Source: Cupriavidus necator (GTDB lineage Bacteria; Pseudomonadota; Gammaproteobacteria; Burkholderiales; Burkholderiaceae). Taken from it: DNA of 32,000 nt. Positions 10,075 through 18,919 of this stretch are shown here, piece after piece (positions within the stretch are counted from its first letter, which is position 1; every line of letters begins with the position of its first letter). Below the pieces are notes generated by a model. That model was not told where the DNA came from, did not search any database, and worked only from the letters and a program-made list of their open reading frames with translations. The stretch is taken from contig NZ_CP066018.1 of NCBI RefSeq assembly GCF_016127575.1, forward strand, positions 360,001 through 392,000, read 5' to 3'. A program made the position numbers and the translations under genes.

Positions 10075-11079
10075 TTACCAGGTCAGCACGATCTTGCCGA
10101 TATGCTCGCTCGACTCCATCAGGCGATGCGCATCGGCCGCCTGCGCGGCCGGGAACACCTCGTGGATCACCGGCTTGATCCTGCCGGCGGCCAGCAGCGG
10201 CCACACCTGCTCGTGCAGTGCCGCGGCGATCTTGCCCTTGAACGATGCCGGGCGCGGACGCAGCGTGGAGCCGGTCACGGTGATGCGCCGGCGCAGGATA
10301 TCGCCCAGCGGGATCTCGGCCTTGGCGCCACCCAGCAGCGCAATGATGACGATGCGGCCATCGTCGGCGATGCACTTCAGCTCGCGCGCCAGGTACGGGC
10401 CGGCAACCATGTCGAGGATCACATCGACACCGTTGCCGCCGGTCAGCGCCGACACCTCGGCGACGAAGTCCTGCGTCTTGTAGTTGATCGCGCGATCGGC
10501 GCCCAGGTCTTCGCAGGCCTTGCATTTCTCATCGGTGCCGGCGGTGACAAACACCTTGTAGCCCAGCGCCTTGGCGATCTGGATCGCGGTCGTGCCGATG
10601 CCGCTGGAGCCGCCCTGGATCAGCAGGGTCTCATCCTTGCCGCGCGGGCCCTGGCCCAGGCAGCCGCGGTCGAACACATTGCTCCAGACGGTGAAGAAGG
10701 TCTCGGGCAGCGCCGCGGCCTCGATATCGCTCAGGCCTTGCGGCGCGGGCAGGACCTGTGCCAGCGGCGCCGTGCACAGCTGTGCGTAGCCGCCGCCCTG
10801 CACCAGCGCGCAGACGCGGTCGCCCACCTTCAGGCCGAAGCGGTTGTCGGCATGCGACAGGTCGCCGCCCACCACCACGCCCGCCACTTCCAGGCCGGGC
10901 AGGTCCGAAGCGCCCGGCGGCACGGGGTAGTTGCCGGTGCGCTGGAATACGTCCGGACGGTTGACGCCGGCGGCAGCCACGCGGATCAGGACCTCGCCCG
11001 CCCCCGCAACCGGGTCGGGACGCTCGGTCAGCTGGAGGACTTCGGGGGCACCGTATTCGCGGATCTCGATGGCTTGCAT
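10075..11079 (-). CDS. NAD(P)H:quinone oxidoreductase, zinc-independent MDR (PIG3/Qor-like) family
   Basis: 334 aa from the ATG at 11079 (AAGGAG 7 nt upstream). MQAIEIREYGAPEVLQL..., the GGSSGIGTTAIQIAKALG nucleotide-binding motif and an ...IGKIVLTW C-terminus are typical of Qor-type MDRs. Confidence 0.85.
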   Translation of the reverse strand: MQAIEIREYGAPEVLQLTERPDPVAGAGEVLIRVAAAGVNRPDVFQRTGNYPVPPGASDLPGLEVAGVVVGGDLSHADNRFGLKVGDRVCALVQGGGYAQLCTAPLAQVLPAPQGLSDIEAAALPETFFTVWSNVFDRGCLGQGPRGKDETLLIQGGSSGIGTTAIQIAKALGYKVFVTAGTDEKCKACEDLGADRAINYKTQDFVAEVSALTGGNGVDVILDMVAGPYLARELKCIADDGRIVIIALLGGAKAEIPLGDILRRRITVTGSTLRPRPASFKGKIAAALHEQVWPLLAAGRIKPVIHEVFPAAQAADAHRLMESSEHIGKIVLTW

Positions 11080-11178
11080 GCTGCTCTGCTCCTTGTACTT
11101 GTCTTGGCGCGGGTCGACGATGCGTCGCACCAGGGTCGGTGTGAGCCTTGGCTCGATAGGGTTGCCGGCAGTGTAAAC

Positions 11179-11213
11179 AAAAAAACGGCTGGACATCGTC
11201 CAGCCGTTTTTTT
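11179..11213 (-). terminator. Rho-independent terminator downstream of pnp (symmetric A7/T7 flanks)
   Basis: AAAAAAA CGGCTGGAC atc GTCCAGCCG TTTTTTT: a perfect 9-bp GC-rich stem flanked by runs of 7 A and 7 T, about 50 nt after the pnp stop. Confidence 0.8.
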
Positions 11214-11263
11214 GGCGGCACCACCTTGCGGCGGCACCTGCGGGCAATCCTGCCCCGCTGGCT

Positions 11264-13435
11264 TTACTGCTGTTCCGAGCCTTCGGCCGGAGCCGCCGGC
11301 GCGGCGGCTTCGCCGGCGTTGATCGGGCTGATGCTGCCGCCCTCTTCGGTCAGCGCGGCCTTCAGCGACAGGCGCAGGCGGCCCTTCTCGTCAGCCTGGA
11401 TCAGCTTGACACGGACCTGCTGGCCTTCCTTCAGCCAGTCCTTGATGTCCTTGACACGCTCGTTGACGATTTCCGAGATGTGCAGCAGGCCATCCTTGCC
11501 CGGCAGGATGTTGACGATGGCGCCGAAGTCCAGCAGCTTCAGCACGGTACCGGCGTAAATCTTGCCCACTTCGGCTTCCGCGGTGATGCCCTCGATGCGG
11601 CGCTTGGCTTCGGCCATGCCGTCGGTCGAGGTCGACGCGATCGTGATCGTGCCGTCTTCCTGGATGTCGATGGTGGTACCGGTTTCCTTGGTCAGCGCCT
11701 GGATGGTCGAGCCGCCCTTGCCGATCACTTCGCGGATCTTGTCCGGATGGATCTTCATGGTGATCATGCGCGGAGCGTGCGCCGACAGTTCGGTGCGGGC
11801 GTGGCCCATCGCTTCCTGCATCTTGTGCAGGATGTGCAGGCGGCCTTCACGGGCCTGCGCCAGCGCGACCTGCATGATCTCCTTGGTGATGCCCTGGACC
11901 TTGATGTCCATCTGCAGCGCGGTGATGCCGTTGTCGGTACCCGCCACCTTGAAGTCCATGTCGCCCAGGTGATCTTCATCGCCCAGGATGTCGGTCAGCA
12001 CGGCAAACTTGTTGCCTTCCAGGATCAGGCCCATGGCCACGCCGGCCACGTGTGCCTTGACCGGAACGCCGGCGTCCATCAGCGCCAGGCAGCCGCCGCA
12101 GACCGAAGCCATCGACGACGAGCCGTTGGATTCGGTGATTTCCGAAACCAGGCGGATGGTGTAGGCGAATTCATCGTCCTTCGGCAGCACCGGGATCAGT
12201 GCGCGCTTGGCCAGGCGGCCGTGGCCGATTTCACGGCGCTTCGGGCTGCCCACGCGGCCGGTTTCACCGGTGGCGAACGGGGGCATGTTGTAGTGGAGCA
12301 TGAAGCGGTCGCGGTATTCGCCGGCCAGTGCGTCGATGATCTGCTCGTCGCTCTTGGTGCCGAGCGTGGCCACCACCAGCGCCTGCGTTTCACCACGGGT
12401 GAACAGCGCCGAGCCGTGCGCGCGCGGCAGCACCGACGAGCGGATCTCGATCGGGCGCACCGTGCGGGTGTCGCGGCCGTCGATACGCGGCTCGCCGGCC
12501 AGCACCTGGCCGCGCACGATCTTGGCTTCGAGGTCGAACATGATGTTGCCGACTTCCACCTTGTCGGCTTCCACGCCGGCGGCTGCCAGCGCGGCCGCCA
12601 CGTTGGCGTTTACTTCCTTCAGCTTCTGGCTGCGGGCCGACTTCTGGCGCAGCTGGTAGGCTTCCTGCAGCAGCGGCAGCGCAACTTCGGTGACCTTGGC
12701 GATCAGCGGCTCGTTCTTGGCGGCCGGGGCCCAGTCCCACTCGGGCTTGCCGCCTTCGCGCACCAGCTCATGGATGGCGTTGATCGCGATCTGCATTTGC
12801 TCATGGCCATAGACCACGGCGCCCAGCATGACGTCTTCCGACAGCTGGTTGGCTTCCGATTCCACCATCAGCACGGCGCGCTCGGTACCGGCGACCACCA
12901 GGTCCAGGTCCGAGGTGGCGAGCTGCGAGCGGGTCGGGTTGAGCAGGTACTGGCCATCCTTGTAGCCCACGCGCGCGGCGCCAACCGGGCCGTTGAACGG
13001 GATGCCCGACACGGCCAGCGCGGCCGACGCGCCGATCAGCGCGGGAATGTCAGCGGGCACTTCCGGGTTCAGCGACACCACGTGGATCACCACCTGGACG
13101 TCGTTGTAGAAGCCTTCCGGGAACAGCGGGCGCAGCGGACGGTCGATCAGGCGCGAGGTCAGGGTCTCGTTTTCCGACGGACGGCCTTCACGCTTGAAGA
13201 AGCCGCCGGGGATCTTGCCGGCCGCGTAGGTCTTCTCGATGTAGTCGACGGTCAGCGGGAAGAAGTCCTGGCCCGGCTTCGGGTTCTTGGCGGCGACCAC
13301 GGTCGCCAGCACCACGGTGTCTTCCACATCGACCAGCACGGCACCGCCGGCCTGGCGGGCGATTTCGCCGGTTTCCATGCGGACCGTGTGCTGGCCCCAC
13401 TGGAATTCCTTGACGATCTTGTTGAACATGGACAT
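11264..13435 (-). CDS. pnp: Polyribonucleotide nucleotidyltransferase (PNPase)
   Basis: 723 aa from the ATG at 13435 (AAGGA then 6 nt then ATG; [29 protein letters not shown]...). Two RNase PH domains, then KH ([15 protein letters not shown]) and S1 ([19 protein letters not shown]) domains, plus an Ala-rich tail. Confidence 0.95.
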   Translation of the reverse strand: MSMFNKIVKEFQWGQHTVRMETGEIARQAGGAVLVDVEDTVVLATVVAAKNPKPGQDFFPLTVDYIEKTYAAGKIPGGFFKREGRPSENETLTSRLIDRPLRPLFPEGFYNDVQVVIHVVSLNPEVPADIPALIGASAALAVSGIPFNGPVGAARVGYKDGQYLLNPTRSQLATSDLDLVVAGTERAVLMVESEANQLSEDVMLGAVVYGHEQMQIAINAIHELVREGGKPEWDWAPAAKNEPLIAKVTEVALPLLQEAYQLRQKSARSQKLKEVNANVAAALAAAGVEADKVEVGNIMFDLEAKIVRGQVLAGEPRIDGRDTRTVRPIEIRSSVLPRAHGSALFTRGETQALVVATLGTKSDEQIIDALAGEYRDRFMLHYNMPPFATGETGRVGSPKRREIGHGRLAKRALIPVLPKDDEFAYTIRLVSEITESNGSSSMASVCGGCLALMDAGVPVKAHVAGVAMGLILEGNKFAVLTDILGDEDHLGDMDFKVAGTDNGITALQMDIKVQGITKEIMQVALAQAREGRLHILHKMQEAMGHARTELSAHAPRMITMKIHPDKIREVIGKGGSTIQALTKETGTTIDIQEDGTITIASTSTDGMAEAKRRIEGITAEAEVGKIYAGTVLKLLDFGAIVNILPGKDGLLHISEIVNERVKDIKDWLKEGQQVRVKLIQADEKGRLRLSLKAALTEEGGSISPINAGEAAAPAAPAEGSEQQ

Positions 13436-13563
13436 GTGCATTCCTTGGCTTGCGTGCAGGCCGCGCAATCACGCAATAACACGCGCACGGCCTGCGACGC
13501 CTGCGTTCTCAGCCGCAGGCAAACTGCCGGGTCGCCGGTCGCAGTCGCAGGGAAGTGCTATGC

Positions 13564-13606
13564 CATTCCAGCACGGCACCGGCGTTGCCGATGCCGTGCT
13601 GGAATG
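13564..13606 (-). promoter_or_regulatory. Long perfect hairpin in the rpsO-pnp leader (candidate RNase III processing/autoregulation site)
   Basis: CATTCCAGCACGGCA / TGCCGTGCTGGAATG is a perfect 15-bp stem. The 13-nt loop can add a further 4 bp (CGGC/GCCG). It sits about 130 nt upstream of the pnp ATG. In E. coli an RNase III-cut hairpin occupies the equivalent position. Confidence 0.5.
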
Positions 13607-13789
13607 ACACAAAGCCCTGTTTCCTTGGCCGGTCCGGGGTATTGAAAACAAAAAAAGAACAACTTACTCCGTTGCGCAGCTTGCTGCAACGGGCGCCCGG
13701 TGAATCAGAATGTCCGCCGGGCGGCGTGAAGCGAAAATCACTCCATCAACTGCCCGCATCTCTGGGCAAGGCCGATTCACCCCGCCAGA

Positions 13790-13828
13790 AATGCAAAATG
13801 CCTGCCCCAGCATTGCTGAAGCAGGCAT
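13790..13828 (-). terminator. rpsO terminator-like hairpin
   Basis: Minus strand: ATGCCTGC...GCAGGCAT 8-bp stem (13828-13798) followed by TTTGCATTTC, 58 nt after the rpsO stop. Confidence 0.55.
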
Positions 13829-13885
13829 CGAGGCCTCACGCGAAACCGTGCAAACCCTGGAATCGCGCTGCCATCGGGCGCAACC

Positions 13886-14155
13886 TTACTTGCGCAGGCC
13901 CAGCTTTTCGATCAGGGCGCGGTAACGGTCGGCGTCGTTGGACTTGAGGTAGTCCAGCAGGCGGCGACGGCGGCTCACCATGCGCAGCAGACCGCGGCGG
14001 CTGTGGTGATCCTTCATGTTGGCCTTGAAGTGCGGGGTCAGTTCGTTGATGCGGGTGGTCAGCAGGGCCACTTGCACTTCGGGGCTGCCAGTGTCGTTGG
14101 CGCCACGTGCGAACTGCTTGATGACTTCGGACTTGTTGATATCGGCAACTGCCAT
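13886..14155 (-). CDS. rpsO: 30S ribosomal protein S15
   Basis: 89 aa: [71 protein letters not shown]... is an unmistakable S15. GGAAA sits 7 nt upstream of the ATG. Confidence 0.95.
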   Translation of the reverse strand: MAVADINKSEVIKQFARGANDTGSPEVQVALLTTRINELTPHFKANMKDHHSRRGLLRMVSRRRRLLDYLKSNDADRYRALIEKLGLRK

Positions 14156-14328
14156 GATGATTTCCTTTCACTTGCGAACGCTACAGCGCGGGATGCGCCG
14201 CATGCGTCGTGCCATGTCTTGACTGGCTACCGCCGCCACCGGGCCAACGGCCAGGCAACGACAGCCGCGGATTATAGCCGAAAAGCTACGGCAGGAATAC
14301 CGGGCGGCCCGTGCGGGCGCGCTGGCGC

Positions 14329-15585
14329 TCAGGGGCGCTCCATCCGGCACGTGGTGGGCAGCGTGGTCTGCGCGGCCTTGAGCTTGCGCACGGTACGGAA
14401 GCCATAACCCGAGCCCTCATTGTCGAAGCGCACTGCCCCGCCCTGGCGCTCCATCACCGACACGTACAGCGGCTGCAGCACCTGGTGGTCGTCGGCGCGC
14501 ACGGTGGCCTCGTGGAACTGGTTGACGTAGCGCATGTTCTCGAGCGCGCCCGCCACCTTGACCGCATCGGTGGAACCGGCCTGCTCGATCGCGCGCGCCA
14601 GCATTTCCACCATCATCTGCATGCGCAGGTGCACGTAGTCGTCCTTCGGCTCCGGATAGCGCGCGCGGAACTGCTGGTAGAACGCGTCCGACGCCGCCCC
14701 GCCCACATTCGGGTGCCACTCGGCCACCGCCAGCACGCGGCCCACGCCGGCATCGCCCATCGCCGCGGGCGCGCCCAGGCCATTGCCATAGAAGGTGTAG
14801 AACTTGGCCTGCAGTCCGCCTTCGCGTGCGGCCTTGACCATCAGCGTCAGGTCGTTGCCCCAGTTGCCGGTGATGACTGCGTCCGCCCCGCTCGCCTTGA
14901 TCTTGGCGATATAGGGCGCAAAGTCCTTGATCTTGCCGATCGGGTGGAACTCGTCGCCCACGATCTGGATATCCGGCCGGCGCGCCGCCAGCATCTCGCG
15001 AGCCGAGCGCGACACCTGGTGGCCGAAGCTGTAGTCCTGATCGATCAGGTACACCTTGCGCACCGACTGGTCCTGGCGGATCACCTCGGTCAGCGCCTGC
15101 ATGCGCATGTCGGCACTGGCGTCAAAGCGGAAATGCCAGAAGCTGCAGTTCTCGTTGGTCAGGCTGGGATCGACCGCCGAGTAGTTCAGGAACAGCACGC
15201 GCGCGTCGGGCTGGCGCGCATTGTGGCGGTTGATGGCCGACACCAGCGCGCCGGCCACGGCCGAGCTGTTGCCCTGCAGGACAAAGGGAATGCGCTTGTC
15301 GGTCAGGGCCCGCAACTGGATCAGGCTCTCGTCGACATTGCCCTTGCTGTCAAAGGTGACCAGCTCCATGGGCCGCGCACCCTCGGCGGTCTTCACGCCG
15401 CCGCGCGCATTGATGCGCTCGATTGCCAGGCGCAGGTTGCGCGTCACGGCTTCGCCCGCGTTGGCAAACGGGCCGGACAACCCGTCGATCATGCCCAGCC
15501 GGATCGGCTCTTGAGCCGACGCGCCCGCCGCTGCCGCCAGCAACAACCCGCCCAGCCATCCACGCCACCGTGCCGCAACCTTCAT
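14329..15585 (-). CDS. Periplasmic substrate-binding protein, branched-chain amino acid (LivJ/Peripla_BP_6) type, orphan
   Basis: 418 aa from the ATG at 15585 (GGGAGAG upstream). Signal peptide MKVAARWRGWLGGLLLAAAAGASA-QE, then IRLGMIDGLSGPFANAGEA..., typical of the type I SBP fold. No permease or ATPase genes are adjacent. Confidence 0.85.
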   Translation of the reverse strand: MKVAARWRGWLGGLLLAAAAGASAQEPIRLGMIDGLSGPFANAGEAVTRNLRLAIERINARGGVKTAEGARPMELVTFDSKGNVDESLIQLRALTDKRIPFVLQGNSSAVAGALVSAINRHNARQPDARVLFLNYSAVDPSLTNENCSFWHFRFDASADMRMQALTEVIRQDQSVRKVYLIDQDYSFGHQVSRSAREMLAARRPDIQIVGDEFHPIGKIKDFAPYIAKIKASGADAVITGNWGNDLTLMVKAAREGGLQAKFYTFYGNGLGAPAAMGDAGVGRVLAVAEWHPNVGGAASDAFYQQFRARYPEPKDDYVHLRMQMMVEMLARAIEQAGSTDAVKVAGALENMRYVNQFHEATVRADDHQVLQPLYVSVMERQGGAVRFDNEGSGYGFRTVRKLKAAQTTLPTTCRMERP

Positions 15586-15788
15586 GTTCTCTCCCGGAAA
15601 GCGCAGGATAGTAAGGCAGCGACCGGTTGCGGGCAAATGCCACCGGGCCCGATCATTGACTGCCGTTTCCGCGAGGAAAGCGCCAGGTTGCGGGAAGATC
15701 CACTGAAAAGCAGCGCCCGGCGCACACAAGCGCGGAGGCCGCACTACACTTGCGGTATTCACCATCCACGCATCGACCGAGGTTCGCC

Positions 15789-16316
15789 ATGAATTCTGTC
15801 ATCGCCAACGGCGCGCGCCGGCTCATGCTGGCGCTGGGCGCCGCCATGCTGTCTGCCTGCACCACGCTGATGCCGGTACCGGAAGGCACCAGGCTGGTGG
15901 GCCAGCCGCAGGCCGCAGTACAGGCTGCGTTCGGGCCGCCCACCGATGTGTTCCAGCTGCGCGACGGTACCTCGCGCTGGATCTACACCAAGCAGCCGCT
16001 GGGCCAGTACGCCTATGGTGCCGACTTCGACCGCAACGGCAACCTGACCCGCTTCAGCAATGTGCTGTCCACGCTGGAACTGTACAAGGCGCAGGTCGGC
16101 ACCTGGACCAAGCAGGATGTGGCCGAGCATTTCGGCATGACGCGCCTGCCGGTCGAGTACTACCCGCTGATGCGGCGCGAGGTCTGGTCCTACCGCTTCC
16201 GCCATGAAGACGTGTGGCCGTCGCTGTACCACTTCTATTTCGACGACGCCGGCATCCTGCGCCAGACCCAGATCACGCCCGACCCGATGTACGACCCCGA
16301 CGAGCGCCGCCGCTGA
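15789..16316 (+). CDS. Lipoprotein of unknown function
   Basis: 175 aa from the ATG at 15789. Signal peptide plus lipobox (RRLMLALGAAMLSAC). I recognise no catalytic motif. This is the only plus-strand gene in the left three quarters of the window. Confidence 0.7.
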   Translation: MNSVIANGARRLMLALGAAMLSACTTLMPVPEGTRLVGQPQAAVQAAFGPPTDVFQLRDGTSRWIYTKQPLGQYAYGADFDRNGNLTRFSNVLSTLELYKAQVGTWTKQDVAEHFGMTRLPVEYYPLMRREVWSYRFRHEDVWPSLYHFYFDDAGILRQTQITPDPMYDPDERRR

Positions 16317-16322
16317 GCCATG

Positions 16323-16359
16323 AAAAAAGCCCGCCATCCCCGGGTCGGGAATGGCGGGC
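16323..16359 (-). terminator. Rho-independent terminator downstream of leuA
   Basis: Minus strand: GCCCGCCAT...ATGGCGGGC 9-bp stem followed by TTTTTT (plus-strand A6 at 16323-16328), 56 nt after the leuA stop. Confidence 0.7.
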
Positions 16360-16414
16360 CTGGTCCGGACGCTCAGGCCGGGTAAGCCTTCCGCCGTCTA
16401 CGCAGGGGCCTGGG

Positions 16415-17956
16415 TCAGATCTGCGGATTGATCTTTTGCACAGCCTTGTCGTGCAGCTTGTTCAGCGCGGCCAGGTAGGCCTTGGCCGAGGCGGCGACGA
16501 TATCCGGGTCGGTGCCCACGCCGTTGACGATGCGGCCGGCCTTGGACAGGCGCACGGTGACTTCGCCCTGGGCCTCGGTGCCGCCGGTGATGGCATTCAC
16601 CGAATAGAGCACCATCTCTGCGCCGCTGGACACGCGTGATTCAATCGCATGCAGGGTGGCGTCGACCGGACCGTTGCCCTCGCCCTCGCCGCTCTGCTCC
16701 TGGCCGTCCATGCTGAACACCACGCGCGCATGCGGGCGCTCACCGGTCTCGGAGCGCTGCGACAGCGAGATAAAGCGGAAGTGCTCGTTGGCATCGTGCT
16801 GGGCCTCATTCGAGACGATGGCGACGATGTCCTCGTCGAAGATCTCGGCCTTCTGGTCGGCCAATTCCTTGAAGCGGGTGAAGGCGGCGTTGACTTCGGT
16901 TTCGCTTTCAAGCTCGATGCCAAGCTCCTGCAGGCGCTGCTTGAAGGCATTGCGGCCCGACAGCTTGCCCAGCACGATCTTGTTGGCGCTCCAGCCCACA
17001 TCCTCCGCACGCATGATCTCGTAGGTGTCGCGCGCCTTGAGCACGCCATCCTGGTGGATGCCCGAGGCATGCGCGAAGGCATTGGCACCCACGACGGCCT
17101 TGTTCGGCTGCACCACGAAACCGGTGATCTGCGACACCAGCTTCGAGGCCGGCACGATCTGCGTGGTATCCACGCCGATATCGAGGTCGAAATAGTCGCG
17201 GCGGGTCTTCACCGCCATCACCACTTCTTCCAGGCTGGTGTTGCCGGCGCGCTCGCCCAGGCCGTTGATGGTGCATTCGATCTGGCGCGCGCCCGCCATC
17301 TTGACGGCGGCCAGCGAGTTGGCCACGGCCATGCCCAGGTCGTTATGGCAGTGCACCGACCAGATCGCCTTGTCCGAGTTGGGAATGCGCTCGCGCACCG
17401 AGCGGATCAGCTCGGCGTAGCCTTCCGGCACGGCATAGCCCACGGTATCCGGCAGGTTGATGGTGGTCGCACCCTCGGCGATCACGCCTTCCAGCACGCG
17501 GCACAGGAAGTCCATGTCCGAGCGGCTGCCGTCTTCCGGCGAGAACTCGATATCGTCGGTGAACTGGCGCGCAAAGCGCACCGCCAGGCGGGCCTGCTGG
17601 TACACCTCGTCCGGCGTCATGCGCAGCTTCTTCTCCATGTGCAGCGCGGAGGTGGCGATGAAGGTGTGGATGCGGAACGAGTTGGCCGGCTTGAGCGCCT
17701 CGGCGGCGCGGGCAATGTCCTTGTCGTTGGCACGGGCCAGCGAGCAGATGGTCGAGTCCTTGACCACCTGCGCGATCGAGCGGATGGCCTCGAAGTCGCC
17801 GTTGGAGCTCGCCGCGAAACCGGCCTCGATCACATCGACCTTCAGGCGTTCCAGCTGGCGTGCGATGCGGATCTTTTCCTCGCGGGTCATCGAGGCGCCG
17901 GGCGACTGCTCGCCGTCACGCAAGGTGGTGTCGAAAATGATGAGTTTGTCAGACAT
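16415..17956 (-). CDS. leuA: 2-isopropylmalate synthase
   Basis: 513 aa: [24 protein letters not shown]..., the [17 protein letters not shown] motif and a C-terminal LeuA dimerisation/regulatory domain. AGGAGC sits upstream of the ATG. Confidence 0.95.
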   Translation of the reverse strand: MSDKLIIFDTTLRDGEQSPGASMTREEKIRIARQLERLKVDVIEAGFAASSNGDFEAIRSIAQVVKDSTICSLARANDKDIARAAEALKPANSFRIHTFIATSALHMEKKLRMTPDEVYQQARLAVRFARQFTDDIEFSPEDGSRSDMDFLCRVLEGVIAEGATTINLPDTVGYAVPEGYAELIRSVRERIPNSDKAIWSVHCHNDLGMAVANSLAAVKMAGARQIECTINGLGERAGNTSLEEVVMAVKTRRDYFDLDIGVDTTQIVPASKLVSQITGFVVQPNKAVVGANAFAHASGIHQDGVLKARDTYEIMRAEDVGWSANKIVLGKLSGRNAFKQRLQELGIELESETEVNAAFTRFKELADQKAEIFDEDIVAIVSNEAQHDANEHFRFISLSQRSETGERPHARVVFSMDGQEQSGEGEGNGPVDATLHAIESRVSSGAEMVLYSVNAITGGTEAQGEVTVRLSKAGRIVNGVGTDPDIVAASAKAYLAALNKLHDKAVQKINPQI

Positions 17957-18044
17957 TTTGTGGAGCTCCTGATTGCTTGTCGTGTGCTGTCCCCGGCATG
18001 CTGCGTCCGGGGCCTACCGCCTGTTCCGCGCTCCACGGCTGTGG

Positions 18045-18086
18045 AATGCAAAACGCCCCGGCGTGCATGGAGCAGGCCGGGGCGTT
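18045..18086 (-). terminator. Intrinsic terminator inside the leuA 5' leader (attenuator terminator candidate)
   Basis: Minus strand: AACGCCCCGGC (13-nt loop) GCCGGGGCGTT, an 11-bp stem followed by TTGCATT. It ends about 90 nt upstream of the leuA ATG and about 45 nt downstream of the leader ORF stop. Confidence 0.55.
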
Positions 18087-18130
18087 GGAAAAATTCCTTG
18101 CGGATTTCGCGCTAAGGGGTAAGTCCGTCC

Positions 18131-18211
18131 TTAGCGCGCGCGCGTCCCGACCTGATGGCCTAGTAGGCCACCTAGGGTGGTGCGGGCGATTAGAACTTGG
18201 CGCGAAATCAT
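18131..18211 (-). CDS. Candidate leucine leader peptide (26 aa) MISRQVLIARTTLGGLLGHQVGTRAR
   Basis: ATG ATT TCG CGC CAA GTT CTA ATC GCC CGC ACC ACC CTA GGT GGC CTA CTA GGC CAT CAG GTC GGG ACG CGC GCG CGC TAA. All four Leu codons are CTA. There is no SD, and the ATG lies 7 nt after a TATAGT box. The stop codon is embedded in a 10-bp hairpin arm. Confidence 0.45.
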   Translation of the reverse strand: MISRQVLIARTTLGGLLGHQVGTRAR

Positions 18212-18218
18212 GCCAGCG

Positions 18219-18247
18219 ACTATAGCCGAGTTGGCGCGCCCATGCAA
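18219..18247 (-). promoter_or_regulatory. Candidate sigma70 promoter TTGCAT-N17-TATAGT for the leuA leader
   Basis: Minus strand reads TTGCAT (18247-18242), a 17-nt spacer, then TATAGT (18224-18219). The predicted TSS coincides with, or is 1-2 nt before, the leader ATG at 18211. Confidence 0.4.
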
Positions 18248-18291
18248 TACAGGGTTTAGCCCATATTGCCCGGACCCGCCAGCGGCACGGA

Positions 18292-18795
18292 TCAGCCCTT
18301 GGGCGGAATGCGCAGCTTCTGGCCCGGGTAGATCTTGTCCGGGTGGCTCAGCATCGGCTTGTTGGCCTCGAAGATCTTGTTGTACTCGGCACCGTTGCCG
18401 TAAGCAGCCTGGGAGATCGCCCACAGCGTGTCGCCCTTGACCACGGTATGCCAGCTCGATTCCGCGGATTCGACGTTGACGGACATCTTGTCCTCGACCT
18501 TGTCCACGCCCTCGACATTGCCGGCGCACAGGATGATCTTCTCGCGCGTGGCCTGGTCCGGTGCCACGCCGAACACGGTGACCAGCCCCTGCGAGCCGTC
18601 CACCTGCACCATCAGCCCGGTGGCATCCAGGCCCATCTTCCTGATGTAGCCCTCGATCGCATCGCCCGCGGCGCGATTGGCGGCATCGACCTTCTCCGCC
18701 GACGCATCCGCCGCGGCGGCCTCTTGCGCGGCCTTGGCCTCGCCCGTGCCGAACAGCTTTTCTCCCGCTTCCTTGATGAAGTCGAACATGCCCAT
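18292..18795 (-). CDS. BON-LysM domain protein (YgaU/Kbp-like)
   Basis: 167 aa from the ATG at 18795 (AGGAGG 5 nt upstream). MGMFDFIKEAGEKLF..., a BON-like segment (GLMVQVDGSQGLVTVFGVAPDQATREKIILCAGNVEGV) and a C-terminal LysM (HTVVKGDTLWAISQAAYGNGAEYNKIFEANKPMLSHPDKIYPGQKLRIP). Confidence 0.85.
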   Translation of the reverse strand: MGMFDFIKEAGEKLFGTGEAKAAQEAAAADASAEKVDAANRAAGDAIEGYIRKMGLDATGLMVQVDGSQGLVTVFGVAPDQATREKIILCAGNVEGVDKVEDKMSVNVESAESSWHTVVKGDTLWAISQAAYGNGAEYNKIFEANKPMLSHPDKIYPGQKLRIPPKG

Positions 18796-18885
18796 GACAT
18801 CCTCCTGACGGTGAGTGGAAAACACTGCAGAGTGCCACGCCTTGATGGCCGCGGCATGAAAACAATTGTGAATCCGGAAATGCAT

Positions 18886-18907
18886 GAAGGGCGCCTGAGC
18901 GCCCTTC
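18886..18907 (-). terminator. Hairpin after pssA (weak terminator candidate)
   Basis: GAAGGGCGC ctga GCGCCCTTC is a perfect 9-bp stem 13 nt after the pssA stop. On the minus strand it is followed by ATGCATTTCC, only a weak U tract. Confidence 0.35.
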
Positions 18908-18919
18908 TGCCTGAAACGT

